A DNA stretch of 64,000 nucleotides from Octopus bimaculoides (Eukaryota): the NCBI RefSeq assembly GCF_001194135.2, contig NC_069003.1:5333737-5397736 (forward strand), in the 5' to 3' direction. Positions 38,597 through 51,650 of this stretch are shown here, piece after piece. The position numbers were made by a program, and so were the translations under genes. The notes under the pieces are model-generated. The model was given only the letters and a program-made list of their open reading frames with translations. It searched no databases and was not told the DNA's origin. Each line of letters opens with the position of its first letter. Within the stretch, counting starts at the first letter, position 1.

Positions 38597-40366
38597 TTTC
38601 TGACAGCGTCCAAAATAAGGTCCTTTAAAAATAAAAAGCTGAAACACTGTTACATCAATATTGACAGTAAAAATACATATTCTTTTATCTCTCATATTTA
38701 ATAATATCAACAGAATTCAGGTGAAAAATAAACAACTAAACATACAAAATAAATAAAATGAGCCAAGGGAAGTAACTCAAATGAAACACCTGGTCAGCCC
38801 CCCCGACCTATCAGACTTATGCTCAAAGGTGTTCCAACCACGACCATCTCTTTTGATCAGACACAATGTATCTTGGACCAGATTGTCTAGTGTTAGAACA
38901 TTACCAATGTCACGTCCTTGGGCCCAGGGAAAATCCAAGGAAGACATTTAAGAGTGTTCAATTGACATTTTGAAGGGATTTTCCCTGGGTGAAATTCCAC
39001 AGCTAATAAGTGTATAGGCAAAATGCTTGGCGGCATTTCGTCCATCTTCATGTTCTGAGTTCAAATTCCACTGAGGTCGACTTTGCCTTTCGTACATTTG
39101 GGGTCAATAAATTAAGTACCAGTGAAATACCAGTGTGGTATCTCATAGCAGTGGTTCCCAACATTTTTACACTCGCAACCCCTTACTCAGAAGCTTGAAA
39201 CCTATGCGACTCCCCCACTATCAGCAGCTTGGTTTACTTAGCAGTTCAGCCTAAGTGATCAATAAAATCAGTACTGGGATCAATATGTTCAACTGAAAAT
39301 TCTTCTTCAAGGCGGTGCCCCAGCATGGCCGCAGTCTAATGACTGCAACAAGTAAAAGAACAGACAGATGCACAAGCAGAGTGCAAAACGGAAATAAAGA
39401 TGTTCCTAAAAAGAACAGATTGGTCATGGCTGGAAAACGTTTGATCACAGACCATAGGTCTGCTCAACCAGGGTTGACCTGAGGCTAAAAAAACAACAGC
39501 AGCAACAGTATCAAGATGCTTTAATAGAAACACCTTTTGGGCAATGATACTTCAAAGGCAGGGTACTGAAATCTATTAAGTTCTTTAGGGAGTCTTTATC
39601 AACGATCCTTGCCCTCCACCCCACCACTGTCTCTCTCTCTCTCTCTTGTACTTTACTTAAAGACAGCCAAAAAACAAAAACAAAGAGAAACCCCCAAAAA
39701 ACAGGGAATTACTTTGGGGCTCATGCAGTCAGGGGGGGGGGGCAGAGCTGTGTCTTGCTACAAATACATTAATACATTCCGGTTGTTTATCAGATAACAA
39801 GATACCCAAATGGCACACTTATTATGTGATAACACCCAGAACATGGATTTTTGCAAAGGAGGAAAATATATTAACACCGTTCCCTTGATCCCCACCCCAC
39901 GCACCTCCACCCCCACCTCACCACAAAAAAAAAATGATACTGACTTTGAACCGCCATCACCCCCACACTACCATTCCTTTAACAGCGCTGCTTCCCCCTG
40001 CCCCCATACAACCTACTCCTCCACCATCAAGACTACGACATCCATCACTCCCTATTGCTACAACCAGAATCAAATTCCTAGTTATAACAATAAAAATATA
40101 AAATAAAAAATAAAAACTGCAAGGAGAGAGAGAGAATTAAACCCAGTTGCACCAATTCTACCATATTACGAAATTCTATATGGCTGCTCGTTCTGTTAAA
40201 AATAGCAGCCAATCTCCCTCAACTCACATTCTACCATTCATAATCCATTCGGATTACTTTGTCAAATTGTAATGCGTCTTTGTGCAGCTCTGAGATCTTG
40301 ATGATGTGACTGTTCATTTTTAGAATGACATTGTAGGGTAAGCATAAGAGGCTAGATCTGGTCAGT

Positions 40367-40942
40367 TTAACCCTTTAGCATTCAGATTATTCTGTGAAAT
40401 ATAAAGGGTAAGAACCCCCTTTCAGTCATGAACAACCATGTGATTGCACCTAGGAAGTTCCCCTCTGAGGTACAAGTCCAGGTAAAGTTGTTTATGGAAG
40501 ACCAGCAATCACCTGTGCATACTCGTCTCTCCTCTCTGCACCACCGATGTGCACCAAGGGAATGGCAAAGGGGCCAATACAGCTTGGCACCAGTGACATC
40601 ACAACTCATTTCTACAGCTGAGTGAACTGGAGCAATATGAAATAAAATGTCCCGCTCAAGAACACAACACACAGCCCAGTCTGGGAATTGAACTCACTAC
40701 CTCATGATTGTCATCCACACGCTCCAACCACCGAGTCATACACCTTATAATACTTATTTATTCCCATCATTTTGCATTAATCAGGCATTATCTCATAGTT
40801 TTGAGATTTCAAATGATGTGATTGTTTTCTGTTAGAATGACATTGTAGGGAAGGTGAGAGAGGCTGGATCTGGCTAGTCTAAACATAAAACATGTAGAAT
40901 GTTTGGGGCTGGATTTGGTCAGTTTGAATGCTAAAGGATTAA
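40367..40942. mobile_element. P1 TTAA MITE split by a SINE-C insertion
   Basis: TTAA-CCCTTTAGCATT (40367)...AATGCTAAAGGA-TTAA (40942). Confidence 0.8.
40405..40745 (-). mobile_element. SINE-C, full length, probable TATAA target duplication
   Basis: TATAA at 40400-40404 and 40746-40750; the host MITE sequence resumes in register. Confidence 0.85.
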
Positions 40943-41134
40943 AGACAGTTGATAACACAGGTATCTAGGCGCCTTACATTGTTCACAACCCTTTTTATTG
41001 TGCACTTTGTTAAGTGGTTAAAATGGTTGGCACTGGAGCTCAAAACCCCTGCTCTAACCGACGGGATCATGTCAAGCCATCTAATCTCACAATTACTTTG
41101 GTACAGAGATATTCACATACACAACCTCAAATCC

Positions 41135-41215
<81 letters not shown>

Positions 41216-41643
41216 GTCAAATACCTCAGAGACACACTCGCAGTTAGTTACACGCACACACACACATACAAAGCCAATCACATACAGACATAGAGAGCTC
41301 CTCACATACATACACATAATTACATACACAACCTCAGACACAATGTCAAATACACCTCACACACACACACAGTTACATACACCTCAAATCCTTACACACA
41401 CACACCAAGTCAAAAACATCTGACACACACACACACACAACTACATACACACATAGAAACACACACGCACAGAGTTATATACACACATACAAACACACAC
41501 ACACTCAAAGCCAGTCACATACAGACATAGAGAGCTACTCTCACACAATTTGTTTGGTACAGGGATATTTACGCATGCACGCACACAGAGTTACATATGG
41601 ACACACAGAGCTGCTTGCACTCAAATACAGTTTGCTAGACATG

Positions 41644-41686
<43 letters not shown>

Positions 41687-41743
41687 GCGTGCACTCAGGA
41701 ATATTGTCAGCTGGTTGAAACCAAGGTTATGGAAAAGAGAGAG

Positions 41744-41777
<34 letters not shown>

Positions 41778-42110
41778 AGAGACAGTAGTAGAAGGAGAAG
41801 GAGTAAGAAAGAGAATGTATGAAAGTGAGTGAGAGAGAGAAAGAAAGAGAGAAGGAAAAAGCGAAAGTGCATGAGAAAGAGAAAGAGAAACTGATAGAGA
41901 GATAGAGAAAAGTAGATAGACAGATAGAGAGAGGGAGAGGGGGGCGAAAGAGAGAGAGAGATAGTGTAATGTGACATTTGTTGAGTGTGTACACATTTTT
42001 TTGTAGTTCTCACTGATATTTGACGCCACACCGTTTTCTGAAGGAGGACAAACGCAGCCACAAATGAAGAAAGGCTGGTGGGGAGGGATGCATGGGTGTG
42101 TGTGTGTGTG

Positions 42111-42146
<36 letters not shown>

Positions 42147-43421
42147 NNNNNNNNNNNNNNNNNNNNNNNNNNNNNNNNNNNNNNNNNNNNNNNNNNNNNN
42201 NNNNNNNNNNNNNNNNNNNNNNNNNNNNNNNNNNNNNNNNNNNNNNNNNNNNNNNNNNNNNNNNNNNNNNNNNNNNNNNNNNNNNNNNNNNNNNNNNNNN
42301 NNNNNNNNNNNNNNNNNNNNNNNNNNNNNNNNNNNNNNNNNNNNNNNNNNNNNNNNNNNNNNNNNNNNNNNNNNNNNNNNNNNNNNNNNNNNNNAAGACA
42401 GAAGGTTAATGGAAGCAATGTTACAGGAAAGAACAGAAAAAAAAAATTCAGTTTAAAAACCAAAAAAACCAAGGAGACATTTCAATTTTTTGTTTGGTTT
42501 TGTTTTGTTGTTTTTGTTTTTAATTTCGTGGTGGTGGTGGGGGAGAGTTGAAAATTGTTTGTTGGGTGATTTGATCGGAGATTTGGAGATTCCATGTCGA
42601 GAGATTGCAACAATTACATCATGGCATAGTCGTCATCATTGTCGCCACCATCATAATCATACTCATCATCATCATCATCATTTAATAAGGTAGCAAGCTG
42701 GCAGAACCGTTAACATGCTGGGCAAAATGCTTAGCAGCATTTCATCCATCTCAGCATTCCAGGTTCAAATTCCACTGAGAGCAACTTTGCCATCCATCTT
42801 TTAGGGGTCGAGTTTTATAAATACCAGTTAAGCACAGGGGTTGATGTACTTGACTAGACCCCATCCCTCAAAATTTCCCACAGTGGAAAGGACCATAATT
42901 ATCATTTAATGTCTGGCTTCCAAGCTAGCATGGGTTGGACATTTAGACAAGATGTGACAATTCTGTTTAGTTTTATTCCTTAATATTGGATTTCAAATTT
43001 TGGCACAAAACCAGTAATTTCAGGGGAAGGCTAAGTCAATTTCCATTGACCCTGGTACTCTACTAGTACTCTTATTATCAACCCCAAAAGGATGAAAAGC
43101 AAAGTGGTGAGGGACAAACATACACACACACACACATATATACACACATACATATATACACACATACATATATACAGCAGGCTTCTTTCAGTTTCCCCCT
43201 ACGAAATCCACTCACAAGGCTTTGGTCAGCCTGAGGCAATAGTGGAAGACACTTGCCCAAGGTGCCACGCAGCGGGAATGAACCCAGAACCATGCAGTTG
43301 GGAAGCAAGTTTTTTACCACACAGCTACCCCGGCACCTATTCGTTTGTTCTGTTGGGTTTACAGGGACATAAATAAACCAACAACAGTTATCAAGCACTG
43401 TAGAGGCACGATACCACAAAG

Positions 43422-43461
<40 letters not shown>

Positions 43462-43622
43462 GACTGGCTTGGACGCAGTTTTCATCAACAAATTCTACTC
43501 TAAGCACAAGGCACTTGTTGGCCCAGTCTATAGTGGAAGATACTTGCCCAAAGTGCTACATAGTGGAATTGAACCTAAAGCCAAATTATCGCAAAGCAAG
43601 CTTTACAGCTGCACTGCCACGT

Positions 43623-43663
<41 letters not shown>

Positions 43664-44319
43664 CAAATTTATATTACCGCATTGACACAAATCTTGACTT
43701 CTCGATGACACTGTATTGAATTTTATATATTATTATAATTATCATTTCTCGTCATCTGAGTCATGCCTGCCTCCATATCTCTCTCTCTCTCTCTCTCTCT
43801 NNNNNNNNNNNNNNNNNNNNNNNNNNNNNNNNNNNNNNNNNNNNNNNNNNNNNNNNNNNNNNNNNNNNNNNNNNNNNCTCTCCTCTCCCTACCTCCCTAC
43901 CTTGACTTTTAAAACAAATTTACATCTCAATATTTCTCTTTTATTTGAAAATTTAAACTTCAATATATCTAACGTCATCATTACCCACACACTCATGCAC
44001 ACATACAAACAGACATACACACACACAAAGATAAATTAACTAAATTTTTTTTAATATATATATATATATAAAAAAAATGGAAAGGAGCAGATATCTGTCG
44101 GAAAGAATTAAAATGTTTTTGGTGTTATTTCCTGCCATATTTAATGGATTGAAATAAAAGTGAGTGAGGTGAGAGGGAGGGGAAAAGAGGATCTTGAGGA
44201 GGTGGAGGGAGCAGAGAAGAGTGTCTTGGTAGAGGGGGTGCAGAAAAGAGGATTCTTTAGGATAGAAAAGGGGCAACTGAGAGGTAGAGATTTTACTGAA
44301 TGATATTTACTAATTAAAT

Positions 44320-44445
44320 TAGAAAGAAGTAAAAGGAATAAAAGAAGTAAAAAGAATAGAAATAAAAGAAAGGAAGTAAAAGGAATAAGAGAAGTAAAAG
44401 AAAGGAAGTAAAAGGAATAAGAGAAATAAAAGAGAAAATAAAAGA
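44320..44445. repeat. Purine-rich ~31-bp tandem repeat (AAGTAAAAGGAATAAGAG...)
   Basis: Directly visible. Confidence 0.75.
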
Positions 44446-44808
44446 AAGGAGGGGTGCTAAACAATAAAGTTTCTGAACAAGGAAAGAAGTGTTCACTCAA
44501 TTATTTTTGTGTTATATTTGTTAATGTTTTGCTTTCCCGCAAAAATTTCTGTTTCCTTCATTTCATTTAGTTATTTATTATATATTTGTATATTTTATAT
44601 CGCACTTTGTGAGTGATAGTGTCATTGGCTACAGGTTTCCAGAGAGCTGATCATGAGTTTGCTGTGAAAATGACAAGGGAGTGTCTGTACAACTTGGAGT
44701 TGAACAAATACTACCACAGAGTAAGTTTTCTATTCTATATTTTTGAGGTGAGGAATTATGTACATTATTTACAATGAATGGATAGATGTTCTCATCTTGT
44801 TTGTTGTT

Positions 44809-44854
44809 ACTGCAACACTTCAGCTGATGTACTCTCCAGCCTTCATCAGGTGTT
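44809..44854 (-). ncRNA. Decayed hammerhead motif, inverted copy
   Basis: Reverse complement: AACAC CTGATGA A GGCTGG AGAGTACA TCAGCT GAAG T GT T GCAGT; stem II pairs fully but the core has GAAG instead of GAAA. Confidence 0.45.
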
Positions 44855-44974
44855 TTGGTGGAATTTCAAACCCAACCCTTTATTTGACTAATGGGGTACT
44901 CTCTTCTCATTTGAAAGGTATTCTTTTTCACTGATGCTATTTTTTCTGTTGATATCATTCCCCAAGTAGGCTAC

Positions 44975-45046
44975 GGGCATATAGTGTAGTGGATAAGAGT
45001 GCAGGCTACTAACCCTCAGATTCCGAGTTCAATCCCAGACAGGGAC
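44975..45046 (+). promoter_or_regulatory. tRNA-like Pol III head (A box and B box); not a functional tRNA
   Basis: TAGTGTAGTGG at 44982-44992, GAGTTCAATCC at 45025-45035, anticodon-loop-like CTACTAA; the acceptor stem does not pair well. Confidence 0.7.
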
Positions 45047-45152
45047 TCGAAAAGATAATATCAACAGAAAAATAACATCAGCAACATACCTTAGGAATGA
45101 GAAAAGACGACCCCATAAGCCAAATAAAGGGTTGGGTTCAAAATTCCACCAG

Positions 45153-45198
45153 AACACCTGATGAAAGCTGGAGAGTACATCAGACGAAATGTTGTGAT
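45153..45198 (+). ncRNA. Decayed minimal type I hammerhead ribozyme motif
   Basis: AACAC (stem I) CTGATGA (45158-45164) A-AGCTGG-AGAGTACA-TCAGAC (stem II) GAAA T GT T GTGAT (stem I'); mismatches at the base of stem II. Confidence 0.5.
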
Positions 45199-45524
45199 AA
45201 TAACAAACAAAGTGAGGACACCTATCTGTCTATTGTTAATAATGTAGAGTAATTTTTATTTGAAAACACCAAAGTGGAGATTATTTATTATCGTTTTTAT
45301 TCATTCATTTTGCCAAAAGATACAGCCACGTATTTTTGATTATCTTTTGTTGGTGTTAGCAAGGGCATCAAGCCATAGAAACCAAACCAAAAATACAAAG
45401 TGCAAGCAAGATGTGTCACTGCCACCCATCTAAGGGAGCAACAAAGCTCCCTATGTCACCCATACTAGCATGGAAAATAAATGTCAAACAAAAAATGATT
45501 AGGATGATGGCAGGGATGACGGTG

Positions 45525-45563
<39 letters not shown>

Positions 45564-46240
45564 TTATGGCAGTTGCCCATGTAGTTTCCATCCTTCCAGT
45601 TCTACAAATTCTTCTCACAAGGTTGTGGTCAGCTTGAGATCATAGGAGACACTTGTCTGTAGTGGTGCCACACACACACACACACACTGCGATCAATCAA
45701 GGCACCACACAGTCTCAAAGAGAACATCTTCAAGACAAAACCAGGCCAGGCACCCATTATGACTATTTCAACCAAAATAGTTTCTGGGGAAAATCCAGGA
45801 AGAAGAAGAAGAAGAAAAAAAAAACTTAAAACAAAAAACAAAACAAAATACATACATCAAATTTAGTAAGTGGAATGGTTTCTGTGAAGGTTCCAACAGT
45901 AATGGCCATGAGCCAATTGTGAAGAATTGGCTTCACCAATTCCTCAGCTACAGAGACTAACATCTGTTGAATTTTAGAAAACATTTCAAGTCTTCACAGG
46001 TTTCGCTTTTTATCAATTCTACCTTCATCTCTTTAATGTCTTTATATACACACACAGCGGCAGACTGTGTGTGTACATACATGTATATATATACATGTGT
46101 GTGCACCTGTATCAGTATGTGCATATTGCATGTGTTTGTATGTATATGTGTACAAGTGTCTATTGATGTGTCTGTGCCTGCATGCATGTATGTGTGTCTG
46201 CATACACATGTATGTATATACATGTGCGTGTGCCTGTATG

Positions 46241-46297
<57 letters not shown>

Positions 46298-47665
46298 CTG
46301 TTGATATATGCATATTGCATGTGTTCTTTTATGTATATGTTTATGTCTTTATTATGTGTGTGTGTGAAACAGTGGGTACATACACATGTACATGTGTATA
46401 TGTCTATGCATCTGTACGTATATCTGTGTCTGTTGATATGTGTATATTGTGTGTGTTTGTATGTAGAGGTGCATAAGTGTATTTATTTACACGTGTGTGG
46501 GTGTGCATATGACTAAGTGTGTGTGTGTGTGTGTGTGTGTGTAGAACACTGCATGAGTCAAAAGCACTGAAATAAATTTGAATATTAAAAAAAGCTTCAG
46601 CTGCAATAATGAACTGCAAGAATGAAAACACCATTCCGCCTCTGTTTTGATGTGAAGATAAAATAGGTCTATACACATACATACATGTATGCATATATAT
46701 CCATATGCGGATACACACACATGAAACTCATCATCGTCGTCGTTTAACGTCCACTTTCCATGCTGGCATGGGTTGGATGATTTGACTGAGGACTGGCAAG
46801 CCAGAAGGCTGTACCAGACTCCAGTATGATCTGGCAAGGTTTCTACAGCTGCATGCCCTTCCTAATGTAGTTCAGTTCTGGGTCACTTCTCTTCTGAAGA
46901 CATTCCAACCATAACCATCCAGCTTGTTTTTTTATTTTTTTTAAATCTTTTTTTTTTTTTCTATAATTTCAGATGTAATCTTCCTTTTATTTTTTTAGAT
47001 ATAGTCAACACAGAACTTCATTATACCAATCACCATCACCATCATCATCATCATCATCATCACTTTACATCCACTTTCCAAGCTGACCCAAATTTCAGAG
47101 AAGATTTGGCAGCTATTTCTTGTAGGTCAAGCAATTACCTTCAAACTTCCTTATTTGCATGTCTGCCCGTCGTGAAGTTGTTCTGTTAGAATGTTTGGTG
47201 GGTCAGCAAGACACTTGTCACTGCTCTAGGCACAATGCCAAAGAACCTTCTGGTTGGTCTATATGCATATCGTGACCAAATACTATTATTATTATTATTA
47301 TTGTTATTATTATTATTGTTGTTATTGTATAAATTCCAATATGACATGCAAACTGTCCTACTTCCAGTAGAAATTGCTCATTTGTCAGTAAAGACAGTCG
47401 GTGTTGATGAAAAAATACAAACAGTAGCAAGATTTTTACTACTAAAATATTCAGTTTTAACACACGCATACACACGTGCGCACGCGCGCACGTGTGTGTG
47501 TGTGTGTGTGTGTACATGAGAATAAAAATAAAAGGCACCTTAAATAAATAAGGAGGCAACGGAATTAGTCGAAATGTAATTTTAGGATCATTAATTATGA
47601 ATAAGTGTAAAAACTTAATTAGAGCCAGTTTATATTTGTCACTTGTAAAAACACACATACATGTA

Positions 47666-47704
<39 letters not shown>

Positions 47705-48104
47705 GTGTGTGTTTATACACACACAAAACATATACAAACATAATACATATGTACACATGAAACATATACACACATACAAACATATATCCACATACACATA
47801 AAATATTATATATATGTATGTATATATATCATAGAGAAGAGATACTGGAAGTGAGAATATGGTAACTGTGAACTAGATATCATGATGTTTTAAGAAGCAC
47901 TCTCTGTGATGATGACGGTCTTTTTTGGCTTATTTTGTTAGCCTGGTGTGTGTGTGTGTGTGTGTGTACACTCACTTTGCTTGAAAACAGGTGAGAGTTG
48001 GTGACAAGAAGGGCATCTCTGGCCACAGAAAATTTGCCTCAATGAATTTCCATCTGACCCATGCAAGCATGCAAAAGTAGAAGTGAGAAACTTTGTAATC
48101 CCAT

Positions 48105-48882
48105 CAATGATTCTCACCTGGGTCCATTATGACCTTTGGGAATCCATATGACCCTGAGGGATCCATATGAGATTTCGTTACCATAATTTATACACAAAGT
48201 AGCAAGCTGGCAGATTCTTTAGGACACCAGACGAAATGCTTAGCTGGATTTCATCTGTCCTTACCTTCTGGGGTCAAATTCCACCCAGGACAACTTTGTC
48301 TTTCGTCCTTTGGGTGAGGAATTGATAAAATAAGTACCAGTTGAGCCCTGGGTGTTAATGTAACTGACTTAACTACTCCTGGGTATGAGTACAAAAACTG
48401 CATCCTTCTGCCAAGCCGTCCTGAGCCAGGGTGGCAGAGTTGGCTCATAGAAACCAGTATGATCTCAAGCTCAGGCTCATGGACTCTGCATCAGACCATG
48501 GATGATGGAGAGAATATGCCGAGGGTTTTGACCTGCAGTGGACAAAACATAGGCAATCCAATCCAAGTGACAGCAGAGAAAGGCTCAACAAAATCGACCT
48601 TGACCGCCACCAACATCACCGTGCAGTCAATGCCATCGATTCTTCTGAGCAAGAACCAGTCCACAGAGTCATCAATGCCATCACCATAATTCTTGGATGT
48701 GAGACGATGCTGACAACAATAAACAAGATATTTCAACAATTTTTGTTACACAATTCCGAATAATATTTAATTCTAAAAATATAATAGGTTTTTTTTTAAA
48801 CACTGAATGGCTATGAGGGTCCAGTTGAGTGAAACTGAATTCAAAGGGGGGTCGACAGGCGTAAAATGGTTGAGGGCCACTG
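48105..48882. mobile_element. hAT-type MITE interrupted by a SINE-A and RTE-like tail
   Basis: CAATGATTCTCACC...GGTTGAGGGCCACTG with the internal GAATGGCTATGAGGGTCC block shared with 2151-3084. Confidence 0.6.
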
Positions 48883-49643
48883 GAGGAAAGCAGTCAAGAA
48901 AAACAAGAAGAAGTAACTCTCCTGAACCAGAATGATTCTACATTATCCCAACTCTCTCTCTTTCCATTTTCTTCTTCTTCTTCTTCTTATGTCCATTGTG
49001 TTTTCCTANNNNNNNNNNNNNNNNNNNNNNNNNNNNNNNNNNNNNNNNNNNNNNNNNNNNNNNNNNNNNNNNNNNNNNNNNNNNNNNNNNNNNNNNNNNN
49101 NNNNNNNNNNNNNNNNNNNNNNNNNNNNNNNNNNNNNNNNNNNNNNNNNNNNNNNNNNNNNNNNNNNNNNNNNNNNNNNNNNNNNNNNNNNNNNNNNNNN
49201 NNNNNNNNNNNNNNNNNNNNNNNNNNNNNNNNNNNNNNNNNNNNNNNNNNNNGGTAGATGGAGAGACCGAGAAAGTCACAGGGTACACAGAGAATTCTAC
49301 TAAAGTCAGGGTACTCAGACAGGCCTGCTGGCCTGTTACAGTCACGGGGTACATATAGAGGCTTGATAAAATCACAGCATAATCTGAGGGACCTAAGATC
49401 TCTTTCCTCCTCACTAAACCCTGAACATCAACAGTATTACTTCACTTCAGTCTCAAAGGGCTTCGTGTGTGTGCGTACATGCACACACATATATCTATAT
49501 GTGTGTGTGTAAATATATATGTGAGTGTATGTGTGTATATATGTTTGTTTGTAAGTAAACATGAGATCTGGGTCACTGATTGGAGACATATGGAAAGGCA
49601 GGAATGATTTCACCAATGGGGTTTCAATCGCATGCCGGGTACC

Positions 49644-49960
49644 CAATGGCATATGTATTTAAGTGACACTGAAGTCCTCAAACACAGTCAATCTGTCACA
49701 ATAGAGTCCCTAGTATGCCAGCGCTGATTACAATGGAATGGTCATGTGGTCAGAATGGAAGATGATCAGATCCTTAAGCAATTGTTGCAGTGAGTTAGTC
49801 CAGGGTAAAAAGACCAGTGTACAATACAAATTGAAATTGGGGTTTAAGGACTGCATCAAGAATACACGAGAGAAGGTGAAAATGGAGAGGAAACCCTCAT
49901 TCTAGATTGTTGATAATGGATGAAAGCAGTGCATGATGGGAAGAGGGAATTCAAACAAAA
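49644..49960 (+). pseudogene. RTE-clade LINE ORF2 C-terminal remnant
   Basis: QW..LSDTEVLKHSQSVTIESLVCQR*LQWNGHVVRMEDDQILKQLL / SELVQGKK...GFKDCIKNT / WMKAVHDGKREF, with stops and frameshifts. Confidence 0.8.
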
Positions 49961-50056
49961 TTTCGATAAAATTTCAGTTTATGAGGACCCAGTTTACGAG
50001 ACCCTGGGTTTACAAGTTTTATTTTTCAGCTCACTTTTGTATGGTGAGCTGAAATT

Positions 50057-50203
50057 TTTCAAGCACAAGATCCAAATTTTGAACAAAATGCCAAAGTTTC
50101 TGCTACCATAACAAATGCTTCTGTGTGTTACCAAAAAATTGATAGAGAGCGAAATAAAGCTTCTTCCAAGCAAACAACTCTAGACTTGTTTTTTAGAAAG
50201 AAA
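50057..50203 (+). pseudogene. Tigger/pogo-like transposase C-terminal remnant
   Basis: FQAQDPNFEQNAKVSATITNASVCYQKIDRERNKASSKQTTLDLFFRKK resembles the DPN.ER..KV...CY..I..EKK..QTTLD.FF end of Tigger transposases. Confidence 0.65.
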
Positions 50204-50758
50204 TCTACAAGTCTGTCTATGAGTGCTTGTGAATCAACAGTCGCATTTACATGTACGAGTGAAAGTGATTCAGAAAAGAATTATAATAATAATGTTTTTA
50301 TTATAAATTATTTTGACATTCTTTTTACTTTACATAAAATATTCTTCATATTCTACTGTTGNNNNNNNNNNNNNNNNNNNNNNNNNNNNNNNNNNNNNNN
50401 NNNNNNNNNNNNNNNNNNNNNNNNNNNNNNNNNNNNNNNNNNNNNNNNNNNNNNNNNNNNNNNNNNNNNNNNNNNNNNNNNNNNNNNNNNNNNNNNNNNN
50501 NNNNNNNNNNNNNNNNNNNNNNNNNNNNNNNNNNNNNNNNNNNNNNNNNNNNNNNNNNNNNNNNNNNNNNNNNNNNNNNNNNNNNNNNNNNNNNNNNNNN
50601 NNNNNNNNNNNNNNNNNNNNNNNNNNNNNNNNNNNNNNNNNNNNNNNNNNNNNNNNNNNNNNNNNNNNNNNNNNNNNNNNNNNNNNNNNNNNNNNNNNNN
50701 NNNNNNNNNNNNNNNNNNNNNNNNNNNNNNNNNNNNNNNNNNNNNNNNNNNNNNNNNN

Positions 50759-50790
<32 letters not shown>

Positions 50791-51489
50791 AATATATATG
50801 TGTCAATTCAGTATAGGTATAAACCTTGTAGCTTGCTTTGTAAAGCTCGGCTACAGGTGTGTGTGTGTGTGTGTGTATGTCTGTGTGTGTGTGTTTGTAT
50901 ATGTGAAAGTGTGTGTGTGTGTGTGTTTGTACTTAGTGTCAAGGACAAAATGAATGCTTTATATTTCAGCACTGGATGTTTTCAAAGACAACAAAAGCAA
51001 TTACAAATGCCAACTTCTGTTGCTTGGTTGGCAAATTCTTGAAGAAACAAAAAAACCCCTGAAACTTAAACAATGCAACAACACAACGAGAACACTAGAT
51101 TATCAGTTTGTTGTTGTTGCTATTGTTGTTGTTTTCGGTAAAAGGCTTTGCTAATAATTAGTATGGGATGAGTAATTGGAGCCAAATGAATCTTACTAAT
51201 TGACAAAGAATACAACATCTGTCCATCATTTAACAAGAGAAACCCTTCAAAAATGAAGGAATCCTAAAGAATGTTCTTTTACCACCAACAGAATTTCTAA
51301 ATTGGATTTTTGTTTCTTTGTATTTTTAGGGGTTTTTTTGAGTAAGTCGGAAGAGGCAGGCCAATCCATCTCATGCCAATCCCTCATGGTTTTCAAGCCC
51401 CTGTGACTCATTATCATCAACCACAGAGCATTATTGTTTCAATTTCGAAGACTCATAGGATGGGTTACTGAGCATCTATGGCGCATAAG

Positions 51490-51650
51490 TGACCAAAATC
51501 GTAATATTCTTCCCTGGATGGGATGCCAGTCCATCACAGAGTTACTCACTGATAGGTGAGTGGACTGGAGCAATGTGGAATGAAGTATTTTGCTCAAGAA
51601 CCCAACACAACACCCAGCCCAAGAATTGAAATCACTATCTTGCAATGAAA
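51490..51650 (-). mobile_element. SINE-F-like fragment (SINE-C-type 5' part with a different 3' domain)
   Basis: Reverse: GGGTTCTTGAGCAAAATACTTCATTCCACATTGCTCCAGTCCACTCA...GATGGACTGGCATCCCATCCAGGG. Confidence 0.5.

Larger units (their letters stand above)
44728..45246. mobile_element. Penelope-like terminal repeats in inverted orientation around a tRNA-like head
   Basis: Arms 44761-44955 and 45058-45246 are reverse complements; each contains AACAC-CTGATGA-stem-GAA(A/G)-TGTTG. Confidence 0.65.

Noticed and set aside
41100-41560. Repeated blocks in a CA-rich region
   Set aside because: Local slippage duplications in low-complexity DNA, with no further structure.
44975-45046. Functional tRNA gene (apparent ACT anticodon)
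   Set aside because: Acceptor and T stems pair poorly, no T-run terminator follows, and it is embedded in a repeat; treated as a SINE-type head.
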